Shown piece by piece: positions 55,616 to 64,000 of a DNA stretch of 64,000 nucleotides. The notes beneath the pieces were generated by a model that saw only the letters and a list, made by a program, of their open reading frames with translations, was not told the DNA's origin and did not search any database. Location of the stretch: positions 11,160 to 75,159 of the forward strand of contig JAFSXS010000052.1 in NCBI GenBank assembly GCA_017443945.1, read 5' to 3'. The position numbers were made by a program, and so were the translations under genes. Source of the stretch: Synergistaceae bacterium (lineage in GTDB: Bacteria; Synergistota; Synergistia; Synergistales; Aminobacteriaceae). The number at the start of each line of letters is the position of its first letter. Position 1 is the first letter of the stretch.

Positions 55616-56446
55616 ATGAAGAAAAAATTATTTTGCGCGGTTATTATTGCGTTAATTATGGCCGGCTGTGCGTCTAGTGCTGTGATATTCTCAACAAGAA
55701 TCGGCTATTTGACACGATTAAACACTGATGAAGAAAATTTCAGGGGTATTATAACGAATGCTCACAGGACAAGCGACTGGTCAATTTTCACGTCAAATCA
55801 TGAAATGTTCGGAGTAAAATTTTATAATTCACTAATAGCAATGCAAATGGCTCTTGAGGCTAACGAAATTGACGAGATGGCATTACCCGAAATGACAGCA
55901 AGCTATGTAGTTCACATGAATCCCGATTTAGAAGTCTGCTGTGCTGCACATTCGCATATACCGATGAGTCTTGCGTTCGGTTTCATGGAAAAATCTAGGC
56001 CGCTGCTCGAAAAATTCAATAAAGCTATAAGAGACATGGAATTAGATTTTACGCTTGCAAATCTTCAGGGAGAATATATAAATAACTCAGATAATTATAC
56101 GCCCGTAAAATTTGCAAGATTCCCCGGAGCTGACACTATAAGAGTCGCTGTAACGGGTGATTTGCCGCCTGTTGATTTTGTTGCGCCGGACGGTAATCCA
56201 GCAGGATATAATACGGCCTTACTCGCTGAAATAGGCAGACGAATCAAAGCTAATATCGAAATAATTCACGTAGAAGCAGGAAGCAGAACAGTTGCATTAA
56301 CTTCAGGACGCGCAGACGTAGCATTTTGGTACGAGACCACGCAAATTTCTGATATTAAACTTGATGCTCCCGACGGTGTATTATTGTCAGAGCCTTATTA
56401 CAGCTGGAACACGTTTTTACATATACGCAAAAAATTAAGGCGTTAA
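55616..56446 (+). CDS. solute-binding protein paralogue 4 (lipoprotein signal LIMAGC)
   Basis: It shares VAVTGDLPPVDFVAPDGNPAGYNTALLAEIGRRIKANIEIIHVEAGSRTVALTSGRADVAFWY...EPYYSW with the 36-39 kb array. Confidence 0.8.
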   Translation: MKKKLFCAVIIALIMAGCASSAVIFSTRIGYLTRLNTDEENFRGIITNAHRTSDWSIFTSNHEMFGVKFYNSLIAMQMALEANEIDEMALPEMTASYVVHMNPDLEVCCAAHSHIPMSLAFGFMEKSRPLLEKFNKAIRDMELDFTLANLQGEYINNSDNYTPVKFARFPGADTIRVAVTGDLPPVDFVAPDGNPAGYNTALLAEIGRRIKANIEIIHVEAGSRTVALTSGRADVAFWYETTQISDIKLDAPDGVLLSEPYYSWNTFLHIRKKLRR

Positions 56447-56501
56447 TAATGTATAATACTTGCAATTAAATTTATTTATGAAACGAGGTATTTATTTAAC
56501 C

Positions 56502-57320
56502 ATGAAAAAATTATTATGTGCTTTGCTCGCAGTTATGTTGATGGCCAGCTGCGTTTTTGCTGCTGATTTTCTCAGAGTCGGCGAAATCACAAAATTAAAT
56601 ATCACCCCTGAAGATTTTAATAAATTAGTCTATGGGATTCCGACGGCAAAATCTATGGAATTCAGAAATAAACCTGCACCCGACGGAAGAGTTACAAAAT
56701 TTTATGATTCATTAACGACTCTAGTATTAGCACTCAATCGGGGAGAAGTTGATGAAATTCTACTGCCGAAAGATGTAGCTAATTATGTACTTAGAAATAC
56801 TGATAATTTAGAACTCTCAGCGATTAATCACATAATCCCGAATTATTTATCAATGGGCTTCAAAGACGACGAGAACGGACAGAAATTAAAATCTGTGTTC
56901 AATAGTGCGTTAATCAACCTTGAGAATAACGGAAAACTCGCAGCCCTGAAAAATTTATACATCACTGAACCGGGATTCGGCGAACCTGAAAGCGTACAGC
57001 TCGGCAAATTTGACGGTGCGCAAACAATCAAAGTAGCAGTAACAGGAGACTTGCCCCCGATCGATTTTATTGCAGAAGACGGAGTCCCCGCAGGTTTTAA
57101 TACAGCAGTACTCGCAGAAGCCGCAAAAATCGCGAAAATTAATGTTGAACTCGTAAATATTGACTCAACAGCAAGAGCAGCAGCACTCGTATCAGGCCGC
57201 GTTGATGTAGTTTTCTGGTTTCAGTCAATACCGGTCGGAAATGTTGACGTACCTGAGGGAATAATTTTGTCAGAGCCTTATTATACTTGGACAGAAATGT
57301 ATTCGCTCAGGAAAAAATAA
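56502..57320 (+). CDS. solute-binding protein paralogue 5 (lipobox LMASC)
   Basis: Same family as paralogue 4. I prefer the ATG at 56502 (MKKLLCALLAVMLMASC). Confidence 0.8.
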   Translation: MKKLLCALLAVMLMASCVFAADFLRVGEITKLNITPEDFNKLVYGIPTAKSMEFRNKPAPDGRVTKFYDSLTTLVLALNRGEVDEILLPKDVANYVLRNTDNLELSAINHIIPNYLSMGFKDDENGQKLKSVFNSALINLENNGKLAALKNLYITEPGFGEPESVQLGKFDGAQTIKVAVTGDLPPIDFIAEDGVPAGFNTAVLAEAAKIAKINVELVNIDSTARAAALVSGRVDVVFWFQSIPVGNVDVPEGIILSEPYYTWTEMYSLRKK

Positions 57321-57340
57321 AAATTTTATGCAGTTTATCG

Positions 57341-57376
57341 CGGTCTTGTGATTTAATCATGAGGCCGTTTTTTTTT
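57341..57376 (+). terminator. intrinsic terminator; near-copy of the 39015-39047 stem
   Basis: CGGTCTTGTGA pairs with TCATGAGGCCG, followed by T9. Confidence 0.6.
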
Positions 57377-57449
57377 GCGCGCTTATTGAAGTATAATAAT
57401 TGTTGATTATCCATGAGTAATAAATCTTAATGAAGAGAGGTCGTTTGCA

Positions 57450-58277
57450 GTGAAAAAATTATTATGTGCATTGCTTGCAGTTATGTTATTTGCGGGTGCA
57501 GTCTACGCGGAGGGCGGCAAAATCGGCGTTCTTGCAAAATTAAACATGAGTGAGGCAGAATTTAGCAAACTCGTTGAAGAAGGCAGCAAAAACGGAAGAG
57601 CACTAAAATTTTCGTCGGGCGTAGAAATTCCCGGAGAGGCTTATATTTTCTATGACTCGTTAATGTCGCTGTTACTTGCACTCAACGCCGGAGAAGTCAA
57701 CGAGATTCATTTGCCCGAAGACGTTGCAGATTATGTCTTGAACGTTAACGACGCTTACAAAATTTCGAGCATAACTCGCATGACATCAAATTTTTATTTA
57801 TCGTTCGGATTTAGGGCAGGCGATTCACCGGCTCTGCGAAACAGTTTTAACGAGGCTTTAATGTCAATGAAGGCAGACGGCACAATCTCAATACTTCAGA
57901 CAAAATATATTTCAGACGCAGGACTTGACGCTCCCGAACCCGTAAAATTTGAGCATTACGACAACGTAGATAAAACTATAAAAGTAGCAGTAACAGGAGA
58001 CATGCCCCCGATAGATTTTATTGCAGAAGACGGAACCCCGGCAGGCTTTAATACTGCTGTTCTTGCTGAAATCGGAAAGCGTTTAAAGATTAATATCGAG
58101 CTCGTAAATATTGACTCAGGTGCTCGTGCTGCTGCCTTAGCTTCGGGACGTGTTGATGCAGTTTTCTGGTTTATGGCTCTCAAAGGCGCGTCAGTTCATG
58201 CAGATGTCCCGGAAAGTATCACGCTTTCTGAGCCTTATTACAGCTGGAATGAAATTTTATCGCTCGTCAAGAAATAA
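57450..58277 (+). CDS. solute-binding protein paralogue 6 (type I signal peptide, no Cys)
   Basis: Same family as paralogue 4. GTG start after AGAGAGG. Confidence 0.8.
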   Translation: MKKLLCALLAVMLFAGAVYAEGGKIGVLAKLNMSEAEFSKLVEEGSKNGRALKFSSGVEIPGEAYIFYDSLMSLLLALNAGEVNEIHLPEDVADYVLNVNDAYKISSITRMTSNFYLSFGFRAGDSPALRNSFNEALMSMKADGTISILQTKYISDAGLDAPEPVKFEHYDNVDKTIKVAVTGDMPPIDFIAEDGTPAGFNTAVLAEIGKRLKINIELVNIDSGARAAALASGRVDAVFWFMALKGASVHADVPESITLSEPYYSWNEILSLVKK

Positions 58278-58367
58278 ATTATTGACTCGAATATAATTAT
58301 TGCGGCACTGGAATAAAATTTTTCTGGGAGCCGCATTTTTTGTACATTAAGGAGGAATCATAAATTA

Positions 58368-59144
58368 ATGCAGAGACTTTTTTTAACGCCGTCAGAAATC
58401 GCAGACGAAGCAATTAAATCAGGTTACAAGAAGGCAAATTTAACTATCACGAAGCAATTAACGCTCGGAATATTGGCAGGAGCTTTTATCGCATTCGGTG
58501 CGCAGGGTGCAAATATGGCCGTTCACGCGATAAATAATCCGGGACTCGCAAAATTAATCGCGGGTTTAATATTTCCGGCGGGCTTAATAATGGTAGTCAT
58601 TGCGGGTGCTGAATTATTCACGGGAAATTCTTTAATGATTATGGCACTAGCTGACAGGCAGATAACTTTTTTGCAGTTATTGCGTTCATGGGTAGTGGTT
58701 TATGTCGGGAATCTTATCGGAAGTGTATTAATCGCATATTTTGTCGCAAAGTCCGGGCAATTTGATTTTAACGGTGGCCAGCTGGGAAATTTTACAATTA
58801 ACACTGCGCTGGCGAAAATTAATTTATCATTTATGCAGGCATTTATACGCGGTATATTATGCAACTGGCTTGTGTGTCTTGCTGTGTGGATGTCGTACGG
58901 CTCTGATGACTTAACCGGCAAAGTTTTAGTTATATTTTTCCCGATTTTATTATTTGTTGCGTCAGGCTTTGAACACAGTATAGCTAACATGTATTACATT
59001 CCGGCGGGGATATTTGCTGACACTCAAAATATTATAAGCTGGTCTGCAATGTTCACGAAAAATTTAATTCCTGTAACTTTGGGAAATATTGTAGGCGGAG
59101 CGTTTTTTGTCGGGATAATTTACAAGTTTGCATATAACTCATAA
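58368..59144 (+). CDS. formate/nitrite transporter (FNT) family channel
   Basis: GAELFTGN, LCNWLVCLAVW, GFEHSIANMY. Confidence 0.88.
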   Translation: MQRLFLTPSEIADEAIKSGYKKANLTITKQLTLGILAGAFIAFGAQGANMAVHAINNPGLAKLIAGLIFPAGLIMVVIAGAELFTGNSLMIMALADRQITFLQLLRSWVVVYVGNLIGSVLIAYFVAKSGQFDFNGGQLGNFTINTALAKINLSFMQAFIRGILCNWLVCLAVWMSYGSDDLTGKVLVIFFPILLFVASGFEHSIANMYYIPAGIFADTQNIISWSAMFTKNLIPVTLGNIVGGAFFVGIIYKFAYNS

Positions 59145-59192
59145 AAAAATTTTCCCCTGTATGACTCATTCACGCAGGGGAGTTCTTCACAT

Positions 59193-60158
59193 TTAATCAA
59201 ACATATTGCTGATAGATCTTTCTTCGTGGACTCGTTTAATTGCCTCTGCAAATGACGGCGCAATAGAAAGCTGCATTATCTTGCTTGAAAATTTTTCTGG
59301 CGTAATTGGTATAGTGTCCGAGCAGATTAATTTTTCGATTGCTGAAGCGTTAATTCTATCGAGTGCAGGCCCCGACAATACCGCATGAGTCGCACATGCA
59401 TAAATTTTCGAGCTTCCGCGTTCCTTGAGTGCGTCGGCTGCGTGGCATATAGTGCCGGCTGTGTCGATCATGTCATCAACAAGTACAGCAATTCTATCGC
59501 GGATATTTCCGACAATGTCAATAACTTCTGACTTGTTTGCTACGTCATATGAACGTCTTTTATCGACAATTGCAATATCAGTATCAAGCATGACTGCAAA
59601 TCTTCTCGCGCGCGTAACTCCTCCCGTATCAGGCGAGACAACAACGACTCTATTTTCCTTCAGCTCGTCTGCTAGAAAAGTTTTAAAGTGTTCTGCTAAT
59701 AAATTCATTCCCGTTAAGTGATCTACAGGAATATCAAAGAATCCCTGCAATTGTCCCGTATGCAAATCAGCTGTTATGACTCTATCAATACCGCCGTGAG
59801 TCAATAAATTTGCTACAAGTTTTGCAGTAATAGGCTCTCTGGGCTTGGCTTTCCTGTCCTGCCTTGCGTAACCGTAATAGGGGATTACGGCATTTACATA
59901 ATGTGCTGAAGCGCGTTTCATTGCGTCGGCCATAATAAGAAGCTCCATTATATTTTCGTTTGCCGGCGTGCATGTCGGTTGAATGATAAAAACGTCTGCG
60001 CCCCTTACAGGTTCATTGAGGCTGATTCCGATTTCACCGTCAGAAAATCTGTAGCGTTTGATGTCCGATAATGGGACGTTGAGCTCTTTGCTGATTCTCT
60101 CGGCAAATTCTGGGTGCGCTGTGCCGGAAAAAAGTTTAATGCCGTTTCCTCTGGACAA
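59193..60158 (-). CDS. prs: ribose-phosphate pyrophosphokinase
   Basis: KLFSGTAHPEFAE, YARQDRK, VSPDTGG, DDMIDTAGT. Confidence 0.95.
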   Translation of the reverse strand: MSRGNGIKLFSGTAHPEFAERISKELNVPLSDIKRYRFSDGEIGISLNEPVRGADVFIIQPTCTPANENIMELLIMADAMKRASAHYVNAVIPYYGYARQDRKAKPREPITAKLVANLLTHGGIDRVITADLHTGQLQGFFDIPVDHLTGMNLLAEHFKTFLADELKENRVVVVSPDTGGVTRARRFAVMLDTDIAIVDKRRSYDVANKSEVIDIVGNIRDRIAVLVDDMIDTAGTICHAADALKERGSSKIYACATHAVLSGPALDRINASAIEKLICSDTIPITPEKFSSKIMQLSIAPSFAEAIKRVHEERSISNMFD

Positions 60159-60163
60159 GATTA

Positions 60164-61552
60164 TTAACCCCTTTCGGTTTTGTTTTTGTGAAGATGATTC
60201 CTTAATGACCAGTCCGCAATATTAGTTTGTCTTGCGCGTCCGACTCCTAGTGAATTAGCCGGAACTTTTTGTGTTATTACGGAACCTGCCGCAGTCGCTG
60301 CCCCTTCTGAAATTTCAACAGGTGCAACGAACATTGTATCCGAACCGATGAAACAATTATCGCCGATAAAAGTTTTATTCTTGTGTTCGCCGTAGTAATT
60401 GAAAGTAATGCTGCCCGCTCCGATATTTACGTCATGGCCGAGCGTTGCATCTCCCATATATGACAAGTGCGGAACTTTTGAATTTTCCCCTATGTGTGAA
60501 TTTTTCAGCTCTACGAATTTCCCCGCAAATGCTTTACTCTCAAGGCATGAATTTTCGCGTATATAACAAAATGGGCCGGCCTTTGCTGAGTCTTTAAGCT
60601 CGCTGTTCTCGATGAATGCATATGCGATTAATTTCACGTTTTTGCCGAGTCTTGCATTATTTAAAATTGAGCCTGACCCGATATAGCTGCCTTCTTGAAT
60701 CTCACTATTTCCCCAGATTTGAACGTTCGGCATTATTTCGACATCGGGAGCAAGTTTTACATCAACTCCGATATAAACGCTTTCGGGGTCTAAGATTCTT
60801 ACGCCGTTATCGAGCCAGTGATTTAATATTCGCATTCTTAAAGCGCGTGAGACATTTGCGAGTTCGATTTGATTATTTACACCCTGCATTTCTTCTTCGG
60901 GCATTGTGAAAGCTGATGTGCTCATTCCCTGTTTGTTCATGAGAAATAAAGCATCGGGCAAATAATATTCATGTTGGGCGTTATTATTAGTGATTGAGTC
61001 TATAACTTTTTCGAGTGATTTAACCTTGAACGCATAGCAGCCGGCGTTAACTTCTTTAATACTGCGCTGAGATTCGTTTGCGTCTTTATATTCAATTATT
61101 GACACTTGATTATCGACTCTAATAATTCTGCCGTAAGCTCCGGGATTTTGTGCCGTAAAAGTTATAACAGTGCAGTCATGATTTTCACAGCTGGCGATTA
61201 AAGATTTCAGGCTCTCAGGAGTCATCAATGGCAAATCGCCGTTAAGAACTATTAAATTTTCGTATTGGCTCCAGAATTTTTGCGCAGACTTTACCGCGTG
61301 GCCTGTGCCTAATTGTTCATGCTGATATAAAATTTTTACTGGGAATTTATTAGATATGTGAGATTCGACGAGTTCGCCGCCTGCACCTACAAGAACACAA
61401 ATATTTTCTGGGCTTATTCCTGCCGATAAGACATTATTTATTACGTAATCAATAATTGGACGATCTAAAACCGGTTGTAAGACTTTGGGCTTTGCGCTCT
61501 TCATTCGTGTACCTTTACCTGCGGCCATTATGAGAACGCATAAACTATTCAT
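60164..61552 (-). CDS. glmU: bifunctional UDP-N-acetylglucosamine diphosphorylase / glucosamine-1-phosphate N-acetyltransferase
   Basis: LIMAAGKGTRMKS, NGDLPL, and C-terminal left-handed beta-helix hexapeptide repeats. Confidence 0.93.
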   Translation of the reverse strand: MNSLCVLIMAAGKGTRMKSAKPKVLQPVLDRPIIDYVINNVLSAGISPENICVLVGAGGELVESHISNKFPVKILYQHEQLGTGHAVKSAQKFWSQYENLIVLNGDLPLMTPESLKSLIASCENHDCTVITFTAQNPGAYGRIIRVDNQVSIIEYKDANESQRSIKEVNAGCYAFKVKSLEKVIDSITNNNAQHEYYLPDALFLMNKQGMSTSAFTMPEEEMQGVNNQIELANVSRALRMRILNHWLDNGVRILDPESVYIGVDVKLAPDVEIMPNVQIWGNSEIQEGSYIGSGSILNNARLGKNVKLIAYAFIENSELKDSAKAGPFCYIRENSCLESKAFAGKFVELKNSHIGENSKVPHLSYMGDATLGHDVNIGAGSITFNYYGEHKNKTFIGDNCFIGSDTMFVAPVEISEGAATAAGSVITQKVPANSLGVGRARQTNIADWSLRNHLHKNKTERG

Positions 61553-61581
61553 GAATTACATCACCTCGAAAGTTATCGTGC

Positions 61582-61655
61582 TGGCTGGGGAGGCTGGAGT
61601 CGAACCAACATTTACGGATCCAAAGTCCGGCGTCCTGCCATTGGACTACTCCCCA
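61582..61655 (-). tRNA. tRNA-Gln (TTG)
   Basis: The reverse complement TGGGGAGTAGTCCAATGGCAGGACGCCGGACTTTGGATCCG...GGTTCGACTCCAGCCTCCCCAGCCA has a U1-A72 pair, G73, and an encoded CCA. Confidence 0.85.
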
Positions 61656-61713
61656 ACAACGCGCATAATTATTGCTTAAAATTTTATTGCCGTCAAGTGT
61701 TTTATTTTTTTTC

Positions 61714-61753
61714 GCCGCCGAGCGGGGTGGGTGGGTGGGAGCGAGGCGGCGGC
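61714..61753. other. 7-bp GC stem (GCCGCCG/CGGCGGC) enclosing a 26-nt loop that contains GGGGTGGGTGGGTGGG
   Basis: Read directly. It lies 15-54 nt downstream of the ftsH stop and upstream of tRNA-Gln on the minus strand. Confidence 0.8.
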
Positions 61754-61767
61754 TTCGATACAGCTAT

Positions 61768-63696
61768 TTACGCGAGAAAATCATGATTATTACTCGGTGG
61801 AAGTGAGTCGATTCTAATATCCGGCAAATCAGGAGTCTTCGTCTCGTCCACTGTAATATTATTTGAGTCTGACTCTTCTTTCATGAGTTTATCGAGTTCT
61901 TCAGCGTCAATTACTTCACGTTCAAGCAAGACTCCGGCTACTTTGTCCATCAAGGCGCGTTTATCCGTTAAAATTTCTTTAGCTGTCTGATAGCATGAGT
62001 CAATAATTGATTTCACTTCTTTATCGATCTCAAATGCAATTTCCTCGCTGTAATTTCTGTCTTCGGATATGTCGCGGCCTAAGAAAATTTCTTCTCGTTT
62101 ATTTCCGAGCTTGACGAGTCCTAATTTATCGCTCATTCCTAATTGAGTAACCATTTGGCGGGCTGTTTGTGTTGCGCGTTCGAGGTCATTTGCTGCACCG
62201 CTTGTAACGTCATTGAAGACAATTTCTTCTGCTACACGTCCGCTTAATAGAATTGCGATTCTGTTCATCAAGTCCGATTTTGACATCAAAAATTTATCTT
62301 CTTCGGGTAATTGCAGAGTATAACCAAGTGCTGCGCTGCCTCTTGGAATGATTGAGATTTTATGAACTGGATCTGCACCGGGTAAAATTTTTGCGACGAT
62401 TGCGTGTCCTGTCTCGTGATAAGCTACGATTTTTTTCTCGTGATCGCTGATTATTCTGCTTTTGCGTTCAGGGCCGGCCATGACTCTTTCGATTCCTTCT
62501 TCTAAGTCTGACATCTCGATTTTATCTTTTCCCTTGCGTGCGGCGAGTAATGCTGCTTCATTGACTAAATTTGCTAGGTCAGCACCAACGAGTCCCGGAG
62601 TCCTTCGCGCTAAAATGCTTACGTCGACATCATCAGAAAAAGTTTTGTCCTTCATGTGAACGCGTAAAATTTCCTCACGTCCCTTAACGTCAGGTCTATC
62701 AACTACAATATGTCTGTCAAAGCGTCCAGGCCTTAACAAAGCAGGATCTAATATATCAGGTCTATTCGTAGCTGCTATTAAAATTGTGCTGGTCTTATCA
62801 TCAAAGCCGTCAAGTTCTACGAGTAATTGATTTAAAGTTTGTTCGCGTTCATCGTGGCCGCCTCCGAGTCCTGCGCCTCTGTGCCGTCCTACAGCGTCCA
62901 TTTCGTCCATAAAAATTATGCATGGCTGATATTTCTTTGACTGCTCGAATAAATCACGCACTCTAGCAGCACCGACTCCGACAAACATTTCTACAAAGTC
63001 TGAGCCGCTTGTACTGAAAAACGGTACATCAGCTTCACCCGCAGCAGCACGAGCCAATAAAGTTTTACCAGTTCCGGGAGGTCCGACCAGCAAAACGCCT
63101 TTGGGGACTCTTGCGCCGAGTTTCTTAAATTTTTCGGGATCCTTCAAAAAGTGTATAACTTCCTGTAACTCTTCTTTTGATTCTTCACAGCCTGCGACAT
63201 CTTTAAATGTAACTTTGGGCTTATTGTCGAGAAATAATTTAGCTTTGCTCCGGCCGAATGACATAATCCGTCCGCCGCCGCCTTGCATGTTGTAGAGGAA
63301 ATAAACCCAGACTCCGATTAATAATAACGTCGGAAAAAGTGAAGTCATAAGAGTCATCAGCCACGTATTTTTTTGAGGAGCTTCGACGGTTACAATAATT
63401 CCTTTTGCTGCTGCTTTGTCTGCGAGTCCTGCTACATCGAGTCCGTACGTTAAAAATCTTTGTCCGCCGTGTAATTCACCCTGAATGACTGCTGAACTTG
63501 ATTCGCCCTGTACAGTATTATTGCGTATTTGCAAGATTCTAATTTTGCCGTCGTCCATATCCTTTAGAAATTGGCTGTAACTGATTTCGTCGTATTGTTT
63601 CTGAATTTCTTCGGGCGTTAAAAAAGTATTTACCATTGTAACGACCACTAGAACGAGAACGAGATACAAGCCTAAATTTTTTACGATTTTATTCAT
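61768..63696 (-). CDS. ftsH: ATP-dependent zinc metalloprotease FtsH
   Basis: N-terminal TM pair, an AAA module ([13 protein letters not shown]), and the zinc site HETGHAI. Confidence 0.97.
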   Translation of the reverse strand: MNKIVKNLGLYLVLVLVVVTMVNTFLTPEEIQKQYDEISYSQFLKDMDDGKIRILQIRNNTVQGESSSAVIQGELHGGQRFLTYGLDVAGLADKAAAKGIIVTVEAPQKNTWLMTLMTSLFPTLLLIGVWVYFLYNMQGGGGRIMSFGRSKAKLFLDNKPKVTFKDVAGCEESKEELQEVIHFLKDPEKFKKLGARVPKGVLLVGPPGTGKTLLARAAAGEADVPFFSTSGSDFVEMFVGVGAARVRDLFEQSKKYQPCIIFMDEMDAVGRHRGAGLGGGHDEREQTLNQLLVELDGFDDKTSTILIAATNRPDILDPALLRPGRFDRHIVVDRPDVKGREEILRVHMKDKTFSDDVDVSILARRTPGLVGADLANLVNEAALLAARKGKDKIEMSDLEEGIERVMAGPERKSRIISDHEKKIVAYHETGHAIVAKILPGADPVHKISIIPRGSAALGYTLQLPEEDKFLMSKSDLMNRIAILLSGRVAEEIVFNDVTSGAANDLERATQTARQMVTQLGMSDKLGLVKLGNKREEIFLGRDISEDRNYSEEIAFEIDKEVKSIIDSCYQTAKEILTDKRALMDKVAGVLLEREVIDAEELDKLMKEESDSNNITVDETKTPDLPDIRIDSLPPSNNHDFLA

Positions 63697-63876
63697 AATG
63701 TGAAATAATTAGCCTCCGTTATATAAATTGCTAAGTTTTATCACGATTATAACAGAGTCAATATAAATTTTAACTGTCAATAGCACAGATTTATATATGC
63801 TGCAAAATTTAATAATTTCTTAATTTCAGCGTGTTATAATGCTGATTAATTACATAACATTTTAGGAGATTCTTGC

Positions 63877-64000
63877 ATGAGCAAAAAAAGTATAGGCATT
63901 CTTTATATATGCACTGAACAATATTGTTTATTCTGGGAAGATTTTCACAAGACATTTGACGAGAAATTTTTACCCGACACAACAAAAAATTATTACGTCT
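63877..64000 (+). CDS. glycosyltransferase family 6-like protein, 3' end cut by the window edge
   Basis: MSKKSIGILYICTEQYCLFWEDFHKTFDEKFLPDTTKNYYV resembles, from memory, the N-terminus of bacterial GT6 enzymes (GILYICTGKY..FW.DF). SD AGGAG lies upstream. Confidence 0.45.
   Translation, partial: MSKKSIGILYICTEQYCLFWEDFHKTFDEKFLPDTTKNYYV

Noticed and set aside
61485-61679. 64-aa plus-strand ORF
   Set aside because: It overlaps the antisense of the glmU start and the whole of tRNA-Gln.
61714-61753. The GC hairpin after ftsH as a Rho-independent terminator
   Set aside because: On the ftsH (minus) strand the stem is followed by GAAAAAAAA, not a U-tract. On the plus strand no T-run follows either. 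It is kept only as a structural oddity (a hairpin enclosing a G4 motif).

Overview
AT-rich bacterial chromosomal window, dense with housekeeping genes. It is most likely from a Synergistota genome. That inference rests on two adjacent surface proteins ending in a Gly-Gly-Cys + hydrophobic helix + basic 'Synerg-CTERM'-type tail, diderm LPS genes (lptA-like, lptB, a phosphoethanolamine transferase with dgkA), and Firmicute-like rbgA-rnhB-ylqG-ylqH synteny. Recognisable content includes fumC, gap, rsmB, rpe, rodZ-like, lepB, feoAB, secG, rplM-rpsI, clpB, prs, glmU, ftsH, a sigma-28-driven giant flagellin, a rubredoxin missing from the ORF track, nine tRNAs, two tandem NSS transporters, and six paralogous orphan solute-binding proteins in two 3-gene arrays. 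The best candidate for an undescribed system is a tRNA-flanked three-gene operon (47091-51388, minus strand). It encodes a NurA-like nuclease, a HerA/FtsK-type ATPase with a deviant P-loop, and an Hsp90/GHKL-type ATPase. I do not recognise this triad as a named system. Other items worth a second look: (1) a 10-bp x3 repeat that separates a strong SD-ATG from the out-of-frame body of the phosphoethanolamine-transferase gene, which looks like a slipped-strand ON/OFF switch; (2) a decaying array of ~119-bp tandem repeats filling the 890-bp gap upstream of rubredoxin; (3) (GGGT)n G-quadruplex motifs and an 18-nt poly-C tract flanking clpB and ftsH; (4) a GmrSD-type type IV restriction gene; (5) an rlmD-like gene with no canonical start codon; (6) apparent circular permutation and gene-conversion tracts in the solute-binding paralogues. 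All calls come from reading the sequence and translations by eye. No database search was run.
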